Part shown: positions 41,173 through 50,728 of the stretch, one piece after another
How the letters are laid out: each line of letters opens with the position of its first letter
How positions within the stretch are numbered: the first letter of the stretch is position 1
Assembly: GCA_002333145.1 (NCBI GenBank)
Contig: DDBN01000081.1
Span: 27,331-91,330 of the forward strand
DNA from: Moraxellaceae bacterium UBA2031
GTDB taxonomy: Bacteria > Pseudomonadota > Gammaproteobacteria > Pseudomonadales > Moraxellaceae
Direction: 5' to 3'
Length of the DNA stretch: 64,000 nucleotides
Translations under genes and position numbers: made by a program
The notes under the pieces: model-generated
Seen by the model: the letters and a program-made list of their open reading frames with translations, nothing else
Told to the model about the DNA's origin: nothing
The model's database searches: none

Positions 41173-41841
41173 TCAGACAGATGCTGGCGGGTTGATGCGG
41201 ATTTCCACACGACGGTTCTGAGCACGGCCGTTTTCAGTGGAGTTGTCTGCAACTGGCTGGCTCTTACCCATGCCATTGGCAGAGATACGAGCACCATTTA
41301 CACCGCGGCTGATGACATACTGAGCCACGGAGCGAGCACGCTCACTCGACAGGTTCAGGTTGTAGTCATCACGGCCGACGTTGTCGGTATGGCCAGAGAT
41401 GGAAATAGAGGTCTTGTTGTACTCTTTGAGTACATCAGCCACAGCATCCAGCACGGGATAGAAATCACCGCGCACACTGCTCTGGTTAGTAGCAAAAGTG
41501 ATGTTACCTGGCATGATCAGGGTAATAGCACCTGTTGCCTTATCCTTCTGCACACCAACGCCCACACCAGCAAGACGCTCACGCAGCTTAGCTTCCTGAT
41601 AGTCCATGTACGCGCCAACACCACCGCCCGTCACACCGCCGATAGCAGCACCCTTAAGTGCAGCCTCTTTACGTTCTTTCTTGTTGTCGCCAGTCGAGTA
41701 ACCAATAGCCGCACCAGCAACCGCACCAATGCCGCCACCAATTGCAGCTTTGCTAACCTGACGCTCACCCGTGTAAGGATTAGTAGTACAGCCGGCAAGG
41801 GCCACAACAGCCACGAGAGCCGAGGCAGTCAAAATACGCAT
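41173..41841 (-). CDS. OmpA-family lipoprotein (glycine-zipper + OmpA_C domain)
   Basis: Lipobox LAGC, a glycine zipper (GGGIGAVAGAAIG), and the peptidoglycan-binding motif ISGHTDNVGRDDYNLNLSSERA...NRRVEI. Confidence 0.88.
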   Translation of the reverse strand: MRILTASALVAVVALAGCTTNPYTGERQVSKAAIGGGIGAVAGAAIGYSTGDNKKERKEAALKGAAIGGVTGGGVGAYMDYQEAKLRERLAGVGVGVQKDKATGAITLIMPGNITFATNQSSVRGDFYPVLDAVADVLKEYNKTSISISGHTDNVGRDDYNLNLSSERARSVAQYVISRGVNGARISANGMGKSQPVADNSTENGRAQNRRVEIRINPPASV

Positions 41842-41992
41842 TAGAATTCTCCTTACGAAATGCTGGGCCTAATGCCCGGTGGCGCCTTTGTAACAAAAGC
41901 GCCGTATGAACGAAACCCCTGACTTACGCGCGAACAACACTTGTACCAAGACAGTGCCTATTCTGGCGAGCAATCGAAGACGGGCATTCGCA

Positions 41993-42391
41993 TTATATTA
42001 TAGCGGATAAAAAGCCTTGGGGCTGCTTTGTTATCGCCACACTGAGAATGAATGCAAAGACCAAAAGCGCCATGAAAAACATGAATACACGAGCACCCCA
42101 AGACTTCATGAAACGAAAAGCCATCATGCCAAAGGCAATATAGACGAACAGGGCAACAATCTTGACCTGCACAAACGCAGGGAAGCTCCCCATCATGCCT
42201 ACTAGGATAAATGCCGACACCAGCAGGATCGTATCGATCACGTGGGGCAACACCTTGACCAGCTTGGCATTAAACAGGGAGGACTCTTGCATCATCCAGA
42301 GCCCGCGAAGCATAAAGAACGCACCGCTGGCCACTGCAGCCGTCATATGTATGTGCTTGAAAAATATGTAGCCGGTCATAAGAGTCCCCAA
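41993..42391 (-). CDS. SirB2-family inner-membrane protein
   Basis: About 130 aa with 4 TM helices. N-terminal FKHIHMTAAVASGAFFMLRG is typical of SirB2/YchQ; the start may be at Met5. Confidence 0.65.
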   Translation of the reverse strand: MGTLMTGYIFFKHIHMTAAVASGAFFMLRGLWMMQESSLFNAKLVKVLPHVIDTILLVSAFILVGMMGSFPAFVQVKIVALFVYIAFGMMAFRFMKSWGARVFMFFMALLVFAFILSVAITKQPQGFLSAII

Positions 42392-42576
42392 GGTTGATGG
42401 GCGCCTTTTTCGCAGAATACTGGGCTGCGGTCAAACCCCCTATTACACAAGGCCTCGCCTACTAGGCGAGAATGCAGGGCTCTGGCAATGCTTTCACTCG
42501 TAACGCCCACTGCATGAATAATCTGCCTAAGAGTGATTCCAGCGAAGGCTAAGTGTCTGGTATAGTCGCCGCCGAT

Positions 42577-42661
42577 GCGCCAGTGGCGAAACTGGTAGAC
42601 GCGCTGGATTTAGGTTCCAGTCCTTTGCGGGGTGTGGGTTCAAGTCCCTCCTGGCGCACCA
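42577..42661 (+). tRNA. tRNA-Leu (anticodon UAG), CCA encoded
   Basis: 7-bp acceptor stem GCGCCAG/CTGGCGC, D-arm GGCGAAACTGGTAGACGC, anticodon arm CTGGA-TTTAGGT-TCCAG, a long variable arm, T-loop GGTTCAAGTCC, and 3' ACCA. One U-U mismatch in the T stem. Confidence 0.9.
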
Positions 42662-42675
42662 CTAATTGATTTATC

Positions 42676-42732
42676 GGCATTCAAAAGCATCCTGAATGCC
42701 CTAAAAAAGCCCAGCAAATGCTGGGCTTTTTG
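42676..42732. terminator. two hairpins after tRNA-Leu; the second is a bidirectional terminator
   Basis: First hairpin GGCATTCA-(9 nt)-TGAATGCC. Second hairpin A6-GCCCAGC-AAAT-GCTGGGC-T5. They lie between tRNA-Leu (+) and glpG (-). Confidence 0.75.
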
Positions 42733-42785
42733 TTTTATTACCCCACTACCAAGCCCTGCTGACTACCCCCTCGCGTAATCCCTCG

Positions 42786-43661
42786 CTAGATCTGCTCACT
42801 CAAATCCTTTGTTTTCTGCCCACGATTCGCCAAGCCAATGACAACGCCAAGTCCCATTCCCGCAAGCAGACCACTTAGATGCCCGACGTTGGATACTGGT
42901 CCAAACAAGACGTCCAACACTCCCGTATAGCCAATCGCTAACCAGCCCAACATGAACCAGAGAATTTCCTTACGCATACGAAAGCCGGCGGCAGGGTTAA
43001 ATATCGGATACAGCCAGAGATACCCCAGCAGGCCGTAAATGACGCCCGACAACCCACCAAAGTTAGGGCCATATTGAATCCCCTGCGCCGCATTACTAAT
43101 CATGGCAATAACAACACTGATACCCAGTAAACGAAGCGCCGACTGACCTCGTTCTATCAACCCGCCCAACTCCCACCACCAGAGCAGATTGAAGGCGATA
43201 TGCATGAGGCTGAAATGCAGGATGGCAGGCGTGAGCAAGCGCCACCACTGCGCTCCAATCGCACTTGCCGTCAGCGCGGAGGGGTAGTGAAGCCATTCAA
43301 AAAAGATTGTGGGCATAAGATTAAGCCCCGCAAAAACCACCACGCATAAAAGAGCGACTGCACGAGTTAGCTTGCCACCACGATGCCACCAATTCATGGC
43401 GGTCGATGTTCCGGCATCTGGGTACACAGGCTCTGCCTGAGCATGCCCACTTTGCCAGGATGCTTGCCAATACCGGTTATCTTGGGGTGATGAAATAAAG
43501 GCATCCAGCTCAAGACGTGCTTGTGCGATATCGTCAGAATTGTCTATTAGCAGAGAAAAACCGTCCTGGTTCTGCTCCAGATGATTAGGCAGGCCGATGC
43601 TGGACAAGTAATCACTGAATGCTAATGCAATGCGCTTTTCCGGGAAGGACACTAGTTTCAT
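42786..43661 (-). CDS. glpG: rhomboid intramembrane serine protease GlpG
   Basis: 291 aa from ATG 43661. N-terminal cytoplasmic GlpG domain. Rhomboid motifs HIAFNLLWW and catalytic GGLSGVIYG, with a downstream His (VGHLSG). Confidence 0.88.
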   Translation of the reverse strand: MKLVSFPEKRIALAFSDYLSSIGLPNHLEQNQDGFSLLIDNSDDIAQARLELDAFISSPQDNRYWQASWQSGHAQAEPVYPDAGTSTAMNWWHRGGKLTRAVALLCVVVFAGLNLMPTIFFEWLHYPSALTASAIGAQWWRLLTPAILHFSLMHIAFNLLWWWELGGLIERGQSALRLLGISVVIAMISNAAQGIQYGPNFGGLSGVIYGLLGYLWLYPIFNPAAGFRMRKEILWFMLGWLAIGYTGVLDVLFGPVSNVGHLSGLLAGMGLGVVIGLANRGQKTKDLSEQI

Positions 43662-44707
43662 GATGACGTAGGGTTTTCCAGTAGTGATTGCAGGGATTCG
43701 TGCCTCGCTGACTGTGTCAGTTTGGCAAGTTGACGGCATTGCTCGAAAAAAAGGGGAAGATCACCGCCGACACTTTGCAGGAGAGCCCGTAGCGCCGGCA
43801 CCAGATCATGGTACGTTCCCACAGCATTGAGTCGGGCATTGTTTGCGGCGGCAAACCAGGCATCATACCCAGAGTAGCCTCCCCACTGCTCTTTCTGCCG
43901 TGTATAGGCTTCACGCAAGTCAGCCATGATGACCGCTTTACGCTCACGCTTAATTTCATCAGGAAGAATCATTGCATAAAGCTGATGCAGCTGTTGGCGA
44001 AATGAGAGCACAAGCCGCACAAAATCATTACGCCGCGTTCTAGCCAGCTCAATACGGCCAATATCTTGCGGATAAATCACGCTATAACGCCGCAACCCTT
44101 CATCAGCCACCATCACGGCAAGGCTTTCATTAAATACTGTATCCCCTGGAACAAACAAAACCTGATGCGTCAGTTCATGAAAGATCAGCTCAGCTAGATC
44201 ACCTTCCGGCTGATGTACAAAGCTTGAAAGGACAGGATCACTAAACCAACCGAGTGTTGAGTAGGCGGGGATACCACTGAGATAGACCTCCCATCCCTTT
44301 TGCTCCAATTCGTCCGCAAATTTGCGCGCCTTACCTTCATCGAAAAATCCACGATAGGACTGTCGGCCGACAAACCAGTAGTGCCATGTCAGTGGCCGAA
44401 GAGAAAGTTCTGGAGCTGCTGTCACAGACCATACGGGATACAGCCTACCAAGCTCGACATACCGGTTGTACTGCCGCTTTGCAGGTAGCCCTAACTCGTT
44501 GCGGGCAAAGTTCCGAATACGCTGAACCGCCTCAAGCTGCCGCTTTAACTTTGGTGCAAGCGAGGCTCCTGCCAGAAGCCGATCGATCGAACGGCGCTGC
44601 ATCAAGAGCTTGAAATGCCCTAGAACTGCCTGAAAATAGAAAGCAACGCTTTCACCTGTAAAGCGTAGGGTTCGATGCAGGGTAGGCAAAAGTGAAGTTT
44701 TCTTCAT
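43658..44707 (-). CDS. predicted zinc metallopeptidase ('putative aminopeptidase' family)
   Basis: 349 aa with HExxH (IFHELTHQV). The stop overlaps the glpG start (ATGA at 43658-43661). Confidence 0.7.
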   Translation of the reverse strand: MKKTSLLPTLHRTLRFTGESVAFYFQAVLGHFKLLMQRRSIDRLLAGASLAPKLKRQLEAVQRIRNFARNELGLPAKRQYNRYVELGRLYPVWSVTAAPELSLRPLTWHYWFVGRQSYRGFFDEGKARKFADELEQKGWEVYLSGIPAYSTLGWFSDPVLSSFVHQPEGDLAELIFHELTHQVLFVPGDTVFNESLAVMVADEGLRRYSVIYPQDIGRIELARTRRNDFVRLVLSFRQQLHQLYAMILPDEIKRERKAVIMADLREAYTRQKEQWGGYSGYDAWFAAANNARLNAVGTYHDLVPALRALLQSVGGDLPLFFEQCRQLAKLTQSARHESLQSLLENPTSS

Positions 44708-44951
44708 GGAGTCATACTAGCAAAAAGTGGGTGTCGCTTGGCAGCATCAAGGCAATACTTTCATCAAGACCGGCTTGTGCCACCGCAGAAGCCATCATGA
44801 ATGATAGAAAGTCAAAGAGCCGTAGTTTGTACATTCTTATAGGCACGCAGATGCCTGCACTGAATGGGTGTATCCTCCTAAAAATCCTATTTTTTTGGCA
44901 ATATTTACTCGCCAGCCCCCGAAATACATCTCCTTGAGACTGGAGCCCAAA

Positions 44952-45824
44952 ATGACCGATAGCAATGCGATTGTGACTGAACTACAGCGGCTGAACCGCC
45001 TCCTGCATGGTGCCCTTCCTGCCCCAGCACCCACTCCGGATTTTGCAACAGGACTGGCCTTTCGCTGGCGCGCCCATCCGCATGGTGGCTATCTGGAAAC
45101 TATCAGCGACCTGAGCCCGATCGTACTGAATGACCTTCAGGGTATTGACCGCCAGAAAGCTGAAATCCGGCGCAATACAGAACAGTTTGTTCGAGGCTTT
45201 ACGGCCAACAATGTTTTGCTAACGGGCACTCGTGGTGCAGGAAAGTCATCCTTGATCAAGGCACTGCTTAATGAGTTCTCAGCTCAAGGCTTACGCGTTA
45301 TTGAGGTGGACAAACACCTGCTGCATGAACTGCCAGACATCGTAGCCCTGCTGCAGATCAGGGATGAACGCTTCATCATCTATTGTGATGACTTGTCCTT
45401 TAGCGAAGATGATGCCAGCTATCGCGCCCTGAAAAGCATCTTGGATGGCAGCATGCATTCAGGCAGTGACAACGTCATCATTTACGCCACCAGCAATCGC
45501 CGCCATCTGCTGCCGGAATATCTCCACGAGAACCTTATGACCTCCGTTGGAAAAAGTGGCGAGATTCACCCTAATGAGGTCATTGATGAGAAGGTATCGC
45601 TATCGGATCGCTTTGGTCTGTGGCTGACGTTTTACCCTGCCAGCCAAGATGATTATCTGGGCATGGCCTCACACTGGGTGCGCCATTATGGCCTATCTTT
45701 TACCGACGATACCCGTGTTGCTGCGCTGCAATGGGCTATGGCGCGAGGCAACCGTTCTGGCCGCACCGCCTCACAATTCGCTCGTGACTGGGCGGGCCGC
45801 CAACAGCTGGCTCGGGCAAACTAA
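44952..45824 (+). CDS. DUF815-family AAA-type ATPase
   Basis: 290 aa from ATG 44952 (GGAG RBS). Walker A GTRGAGKSS and Walker B FIIYCDDLSF. Confidence 0.75.
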   Translation: MTDSNAIVTELQRLNRLLHGALPAPAPTPDFATGLAFRWRAHPHGGYLETISDLSPIVLNDLQGIDRQKAEIRRNTEQFVRGFTANNVLLTGTRGAGKSSLIKALLNEFSAQGLRVIEVDKHLLHELPDIVALLQIRDERFIIYCDDLSFSEDDASYRALKSILDGSMHSGSDNVIIYATSNRRHLLPEYLHENLMTSVGKSGEIHPNEVIDEKVSLSDRFGLWLTFYPASQDDYLGMASHWVRHYGLSFTDDTRVAALQWAMARGNRSGRTASQFARDWAGRQQLARAN

Positions 45825-45841
45825 CCGAGCCAGCCTGAACA

Positions 45842-47092
45842 TCAGGCGCGCAGACGGCGAGTTTTGAAAGTGTGCCAGCCGTTCTCGGCCATTACCGCCA
45901 AAAAAGACAGCACGGCGGACTCATTGGGGCGTGGCTCACGGCCATTGGCCATACGTCGCAACTGACGCGAGTACCACGCTACCTCCATGAGTGCCATGCG
46001 GTCGATCGGGGAAATACCCGTCTTGATTGGCTTAACCAGATAACGGGGATCTTGTCCGGCCAACACACGCAACGGGAGATCCGGTTCAATCGCCAAGCCA
46101 CGGCCAATTCCCACAATATCAATTGCCCCAGAGCTAATGGCCTCGGCCATAACCGCACAGGTACGAAAACCACCGGTGAGCATAAGCGGGGTATTCACCG
46201 CGGCTCTCGCCTTTTCGGCAAATTCGAGGAAATAGGCTTCGCGACGACGAGTTGATTCTTTCTGACGCAAGCCACTCATGGCCGGTGCTTCATATGTGCC
46301 ACCAGAGATCTCAATCAAGTCGATACCTGCATCAGCCAGCGCACGAATCACATCGAGCGACTCCTCTTCGGAAAAGCCTCCTTTCTGAAAGTCCGCGGAA
46401 TTGAGCTTGATACCTATCGGAAAAGACTTACCTACCTGTGCACGAATCTCGCGAAATACTTCCAGAACAAAGCGGCGACGGTTTTCGGCACTGCCGCCCC
46501 AACGATCCTGACGCTGATTGTGATGCCCTGAGAGAAACTGACTCACCAGATACCCATGAGCACCATGAATCTGTACGCCCGTAAATCCAGCTTTCTTGGC
46601 CACTGCAGCAGCAAGGCCAAAACGCCGGATAATATCCTCTATCTCAGCCTCGACTAACTCACGCGGCGTGGTAAAAAAACGAGAAAGTGCCTCACCAAAA
46701 GGAATTGCTGAGGGTGCAACGTTTTCTGCATTCAAGCCTTTCGGAGACTGCTTTCCTGGATGGTTTATCTGCATCCAGAGCTCTGTTCCGTTACGCGTAC
46801 CGACCTTGGCCCACTCGCTCAATTTGGCCAGGTCACGCTCATCTTCAATCGCTACATTATTAGGCTCACCCAGTGCGCGGCGATCAATCATCACATTGCC
46901 CGTGATTAACAAACCGGTGCCGCCATCCGCCCAACGCTCATACAGCTTGGCCAGCCCGTTAGTCATACGGTTATCAACCGTTCCTAGCGCCTCACTCATG
47001 GCAGACTTGCCAATCCTATTCTTTATAACGGTGCCGTTAGGCAGGGTCAGCGGTTGGGATAAAACACTGGATGCATCACTCGAAAAAGTCAT
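45842..47092 (-). CDS. Old-Yellow-Enzyme-family NADH:flavin oxidoreductase
   Basis: 416 aa. TIM-barrel FMN oxidoreductase motifs (QINHPGKQ, GVQIHGAHGYLVSQFLS, GGFR). Confidence 0.85.
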   Translation of the reverse strand: MTFSSDASSVLSQPLTLPNGTVIKNRIGKSAMSEALGTVDNRMTNGLAKLYERWADGGTGLLITGNVMIDRRALGEPNNVAIEDERDLAKLSEWAKVGTRNGTELWMQINHPGKQSPKGLNAENVAPSAIPFGEALSRFFTTPRELVEAEIEDIIRRFGLAAAVAKKAGFTGVQIHGAHGYLVSQFLSGHHNQRQDRWGGSAENRRRFVLEVFREIRAQVGKSFPIGIKLNSADFQKGGFSEEESLDVIRALADAGIDLIEISGGTYEAPAMSGLRQKESTRRREAYFLEFAEKARAAVNTPLMLTGGFRTCAVMAEAISSGAIDIVGIGRGLAIEPDLPLRVLAGQDPRYLVKPIKTGISPIDRMALMEVAWYSRQLRRMANGREPRPNESAVLSFLAVMAENGWHTFKTRRLRA

Positions 47093-47205
47093 TACGCTAT
47101 TCCTGTCAGTCAGCGGCGAAAGGGACGCTACCCAATAATTCGATACTTGTCAAACTATCAATATGTGCCACAATGAGCACAATCTAATCATACGGAGTTC
47201 ATGAT

Positions 47206-47523
47206 GTGACTCGCCAACGCCCTGTCGATCTCGACCGTCTGGCCCGCACTTTCAAGGCGCTGTCCAATCCCAACAGACTGGCCATTTATCTGGAAGTGCT
47301 ACAACAAAACAGAGCCGATGTGAAAAGTTGCGGGCTCTCGCATCTGATCGATAAACTGGATATTGGCGCCCCCACCGTTTCCCATCACACTAAAGAGCTG
47401 GTTGATGCGGGATTAATCAGTGTTCAACGGGATGGCCGTTTCATTCGTTGTACGCTCGATGACTCCATGCGAGAAATATTGCACGAGTTTTTTGCTCGCA
47501 ATAGCAACTCTGCCGACAGGTAA
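47206..47523 (+). CDS. ArsR/SmtB-family transcriptional regulator
   Basis: 105 aa, GTG start with an ACGGAG RBS. Winged helix-turn-helix (FKALSNPNRLAIYLEVL ... PTVSHHTKELVDAGLI). Two Cys (KSCGL, FIRCTL). Confidence 0.85.
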   Translation: MTRQRPVDLDRLARTFKALSNPNRLAIYLEVLQQNRADVKSCGLSHLIDKLDIGAPTVSHHTKELVDAGLISVQRDGRFIRCTLDDSMREILHEFFARNSNSADR

Positions 47524-47529
47524 ATTTCT

Positions 47530-48354
47530 ATGTCACTCAACGTCCATCATTTGAATTGCGGCACCATGTGTCCAGCATGTGCACGCCTGATCAATGGCAA
47601 GGGAGGCTGGCTAGACCCCGCACAACTGGTCTGTCATGTACTGCTTATCGAAACGCCTAAAGATGGACTGGTGCTGGTAGATACCGGCATCGGCACACAT
47701 GACATCGAAACGCCCTCCCGACTTGGCCAGCCATTTCTCGCTCTAACCCGCCCCCTGCTGGATCACCATGAAACTGCATTGGCACAGGTAGAACGATTAG
47801 GCTTTAGTGCCAACGACGTACGCCACATTATCGTAACGCACCTCGACTTGGATCATGCCGGCGGATTGCCAGACTTTCCCTTGGCTCAAGTGCATGTATT
47901 TGCCCCCGAATTTAACTCCGCCATGAACCCGACATGGCGTGAACGTGCTCGCTATCTGCCAAGCCAGTGGGCCCACAGCCCTCGTTGGGTGCAGCATGAT
48001 GGTGGCGGTGAGAACTGGTACGGCTTCCGCAATCTACGGCCTATTCCGGGACTGACTGAAGACATACTGATGGTGCCACTGGTTGGCCATACACGCGGGC
48101 ATTGTGGCGTCGCTGTGCGTACCGATACTGGCTGGATTATGCATTGCGGAGATGCTTATTTCTTTCATGGACAGATGAATCCTGCACACCCTCACTCAAC
48201 ACTGGGCATGAATATTTTCGAGCGCATGGTGCAAATGGATGCCGCTCAGCGCATTCATAATCAGGAGCGCTTACTTGACCTGGTGCGCCAGCACGGCAAT
48301 GAAGTCCAACTCTTTTGTGCCCATGATGTTGTGGAGTTTCGGCGTTACACCTGA
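47530..48354 (+). CDS. metallo-beta-lactamase-fold hydrolase
   Basis: 274 aa, 6 nt after the arsR-like stop. The metal motif reads THLDLDHAGG (HxDxDH rather than the canonical HxHxDH). Confidence 0.8.
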   Translation: MSLNVHHLNCGTMCPACARLINGKGGWLDPAQLVCHVLLIETPKDGLVLVDTGIGTHDIETPSRLGQPFLALTRPLLDHHETALAQVERLGFSANDVRHIIVTHLDLDHAGGLPDFPLAQVHVFAPEFNSAMNPTWRERARYLPSQWAHSPRWVQHDGGGENWYGFRNLRPIPGLTEDILMVPLVGHTRGHCGVAVRTDTGWIMHCGDAYFFHGQMNPAHPHSTLGMNIFERMVQMDAAQRIHNQERLLDLVRQHGNEVQLFCAHDVVEFRRYT

Positions 48355-48359
48355 GAACT

Positions 48360-48410
48360 TATCACCTGCAGAAAGGGCTTTATTGATGCCGATCCTTGCT
48401 GCAGGTGATA
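48360..48410. repeat. 12-bp perfect inverted repeat between convergent genes
   Basis: TATCACCTGCAG-(27 nt)-CTGCAGGTGATA. It fills almost the whole 58-nt gap between the MBL (+) and plsC-like (-) stops. No T-run. Confidence 0.6.
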
Positions 48411-48412
48411 CA

Positions 48413-49213
48413 TCAGAAATCGCGTCTTTGCAGTCGCCCCAACGCCTCCAACATAACTGCCTCCATGTCCCGCGCCAGCTTTCGAGCATCTCTTCCATCG
48501 GGCATCACTGATGGCAAAACAAGAACATCCACTACCATGCGCTCGCCCTTAAGAATATCGATAGCATGATCCATAAACAGATCATCGCCGATGAATGGCG
48601 CATGTGGATGAAGATCATCATGCTCGTCGCGATAACAAACCAGTACAGGTTGGAGTGGCACCTCCTCCTTCACTGCCGCCCCGAACAATTTGTGAAAAAA
48701 CCGCTTTATCTTTTCACCGTTCGTGGTGGTTCCTTCGGGGAAAAAAAGGATATTGCGCCCGGCACGTAAATGGCCTGCCAACCGGATTTCTACACTTCCG
48801 GCTTCACCTGATCCGCGCTGTATAAATAACGTTCCCGCCGCACGAGCAAGCCACCCCACTACGGGCCAGTTCGCCACCTCGGCCTTGGACAAAAAATAGA
48901 CGGGAAAGTGTGCGCCCAGCACCGGAATATCCAGCCACGATACATGATTGGAAATCCACATGGCATGCTGATCCAGTGGCTCGCCATGCACCCGGACATC
49001 CAGATTGAGAATCTCGCAGAAACGACGATGCCACCAACGAATCAGTGGCTGTTGGTATATACGGTACTGAACAAAAGCAGCCCCACACACCACGGCCAAC
49101 ACTGCACCCGCTAGCAGATGCAGGCTCAGTCGAACAATGCGATAATACAAACGTAACCTGATCTTGAACGAAGCACTTTCTATTGATGCCACTGTCTTTC
49201 GCCTGTCATGCAA
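48413..49213 (-). CDS. 1-acyl-sn-glycerol-3-phosphate acyltransferase family protein
   Basis: N-terminal TM helix, HX4D motif NHVSWLDI, and FPEGTT motif. Confidence 0.85.
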   Translation of the reverse strand: MHDRRKTVASIESASFKIRLRLYYRIVRLSLHLLAGAVLAVVCGAAFVQYRIYQQPLIRWWHRRFCEILNLDVRVHGEPLDQHAMWISNHVSWLDIPVLGAHFPVYFLSKAEVANWPVVGWLARAAGTLFIQRGSGEAGSVEIRLAGHLRAGRNILFFPEGTTTNGEKIKRFFHKLFGAAVKEEVPLQPVLVCYRDEHDDLHPHAPFIGDDLFMDHAIDILKGERMVVDVLVLPSVMPDGRDARKLARDMEAVMLEALGRLQRRDF

Positions 49214-49439
49214 TGCGGTAAAAGCCCCTTACCTTTAAAAGTAAAAAGGCATTGGTCTTTAATAAGTCACTATACGGATAGTCTCAACACCCCATTATTT
49301 ACAAGGTCCGAGCCAGAGCAGCATAACCGAGGTGATCGGTTAGCGTTCAATATTCTGTTTATCTGCACTTACAACAGGATTTGCGTTTGAGCAGGCGATG
49401 GTTTCAACTTCACCCTCGCAAACATTTTCAGGAGCCCAC

Positions 49440-50243
49440 ATGGAATACCTGCTCTATTTGGGCGTAGGGGCCTTGGCCGGACTTCTAGGCGGACTGCTAG
49501 GCATTGGTGGTGGGCTGGTTATCGTCCCCGTGCTGGTTTACAGCTTTCAGGCCCATGGTTTTGATCCTGCCGTATTAACACAGATGGCGATAGCAACCTC
49601 CTTGGCGACCATCATCTCCACCTCCTTCAGTTCCGTTAGAGCCCATCATGATCGTGGTGCTGTTCGGTGGGAGTTGGTGCGCCAGATAGTTCCCGGCATT
49701 GTGCTTGGTACTTTTTTAGGGGCGCAGATTGCTCATCTACTTTCAGGGAAGTGGCTACAACTGCTAATCGGTATATTTGCCATTCTCATGTCAGTACAGA
49801 TGCTGAGCAATTGGCGGCCCGGTGGTCACAAGTCGGCACCTCCCTCAATACCTGGTGCGCGGGGACTGTTTTGGGGAGGTGGCGTGATTGGTACGGCATC
49901 AGCTCTTTTTGGCATTGGCGGCGGTAGTCTGACAGTACCTTGGTTAAGCTCCCATTCGGTGAATATGCGTGAGTCTGTTGCAACGTCATCGGCTTGCGGC
50001 ATAGCAATTGCTATCGCTGGATCAATCGGTTTTATCTGGACTGGCTGGAACACCACCGGACTACCTGCCTACTCACTAGGCTATATTTACCTACCGGCAT
50101 TTATCGGCATCAGTCTGACAAGCATCCTGTCCGCCCGGGTCGGTGTTCGCTTAGCGCATCAACTGCCGGCCAGCACCCTTAAGAAGGTATTTGCCCTCCT
50201 GCTAGTGATGGTAGGAGTCAAGATGATTCTTGGTTCACTGTAG
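49440..50243 (+). CDS. TauE/SafE-family (DUF81) anion exporter
   Basis: 267 aa from ATG 49440 (CAGGAG RBS). About 8 TM helices with Gly-rich repeats (LLGIGGGLVIVP, LFGIGGGSLTVP). Confidence 0.8.
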   Translation: MEYLLYLGVGALAGLLGGLLGIGGGLVIVPVLVYSFQAHGFDPAVLTQMAIATSLATIISTSFSSVRAHHDRGAVRWELVRQIVPGIVLGTFLGAQIAHLLSGKWLQLLIGIFAILMSVQMLSNWRPGGHKSAPPSIPGARGLFWGGGVIGTASALFGIGGGSLTVPWLSSHSVNMRESVATSSACGIAIAIAGSIGFIWTGWNTTGLPAYSLGYIYLPAFIGISLTSILSARVGVRLAHQLPASTLKKVFALLLVMVGVKMILGSL

Positions 50244-50279
50244 ATACATCAAAAAGATGGCTGAACTGCTCATCGCGAT

Positions 50280-50591
50280 TCAATTTAATGACGTTACCGC
50301 AGCCGTAGCTACCTGATCACCCTTGAAGCGAATGTCGCAAACATATTGGCTGCTTTTGCCATAAACAACGGCGAGGCTATTTTCTCGACGGAAGGCTGTT
50401 GCTTGATCATGCTCCTGCTGCAAGCGGGAAATTACTTTTTCCGCTGTTTCCCCCGGCTGACTGGCCGCACAAAAAGAGAGTGCCCGTGACTCCGCATGGC
50501 TCTCGCCAACATGGGCATAAAGGCTAGCAGCAGCCAAGCCTACACAGGCCGCCAAAGCGATACGGGGGAAAAGTATTTTTATTGTTGTCAT
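50280..50591 (-). CDS. small secreted or lipoprotein, hypothetical
   Basis: 103 aa. N-terminal signal sequence with a possible lipobox (LAAC). No recognisable family. Confidence 0.5.
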   Translation of the reverse strand: MTTIKILFPRIALAACVGLAAASLYAHVGESHAESRALSFCAASQPGETAEKVISRLQQEHDQATAFRRENSLAVVYGKSSQYVCDIRFKGDQVATAAVTSLN

Positions 50592-50728
50592 GGCTCATCC
50601 AATTTGTGGGCTTTTGTTCATCCGAATCAGGGGTACTACACTGCCTCTAAACCCTGAAGGCCTCATGGTTATATCCCCAACGCCCACTCTTGGAAACCAC
50701 CCGGTCGACAAACGGTAGCCTAAATCGT

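Noticed and set aside
42577-42661. tRNA-Leu as an integration site of a genomic island
   Set aside because: There is no integrase nearby, and I noticed no direct repeat of the tRNA 3' half downstream. The flanking genes (SirB2, glpG) are ordinary.
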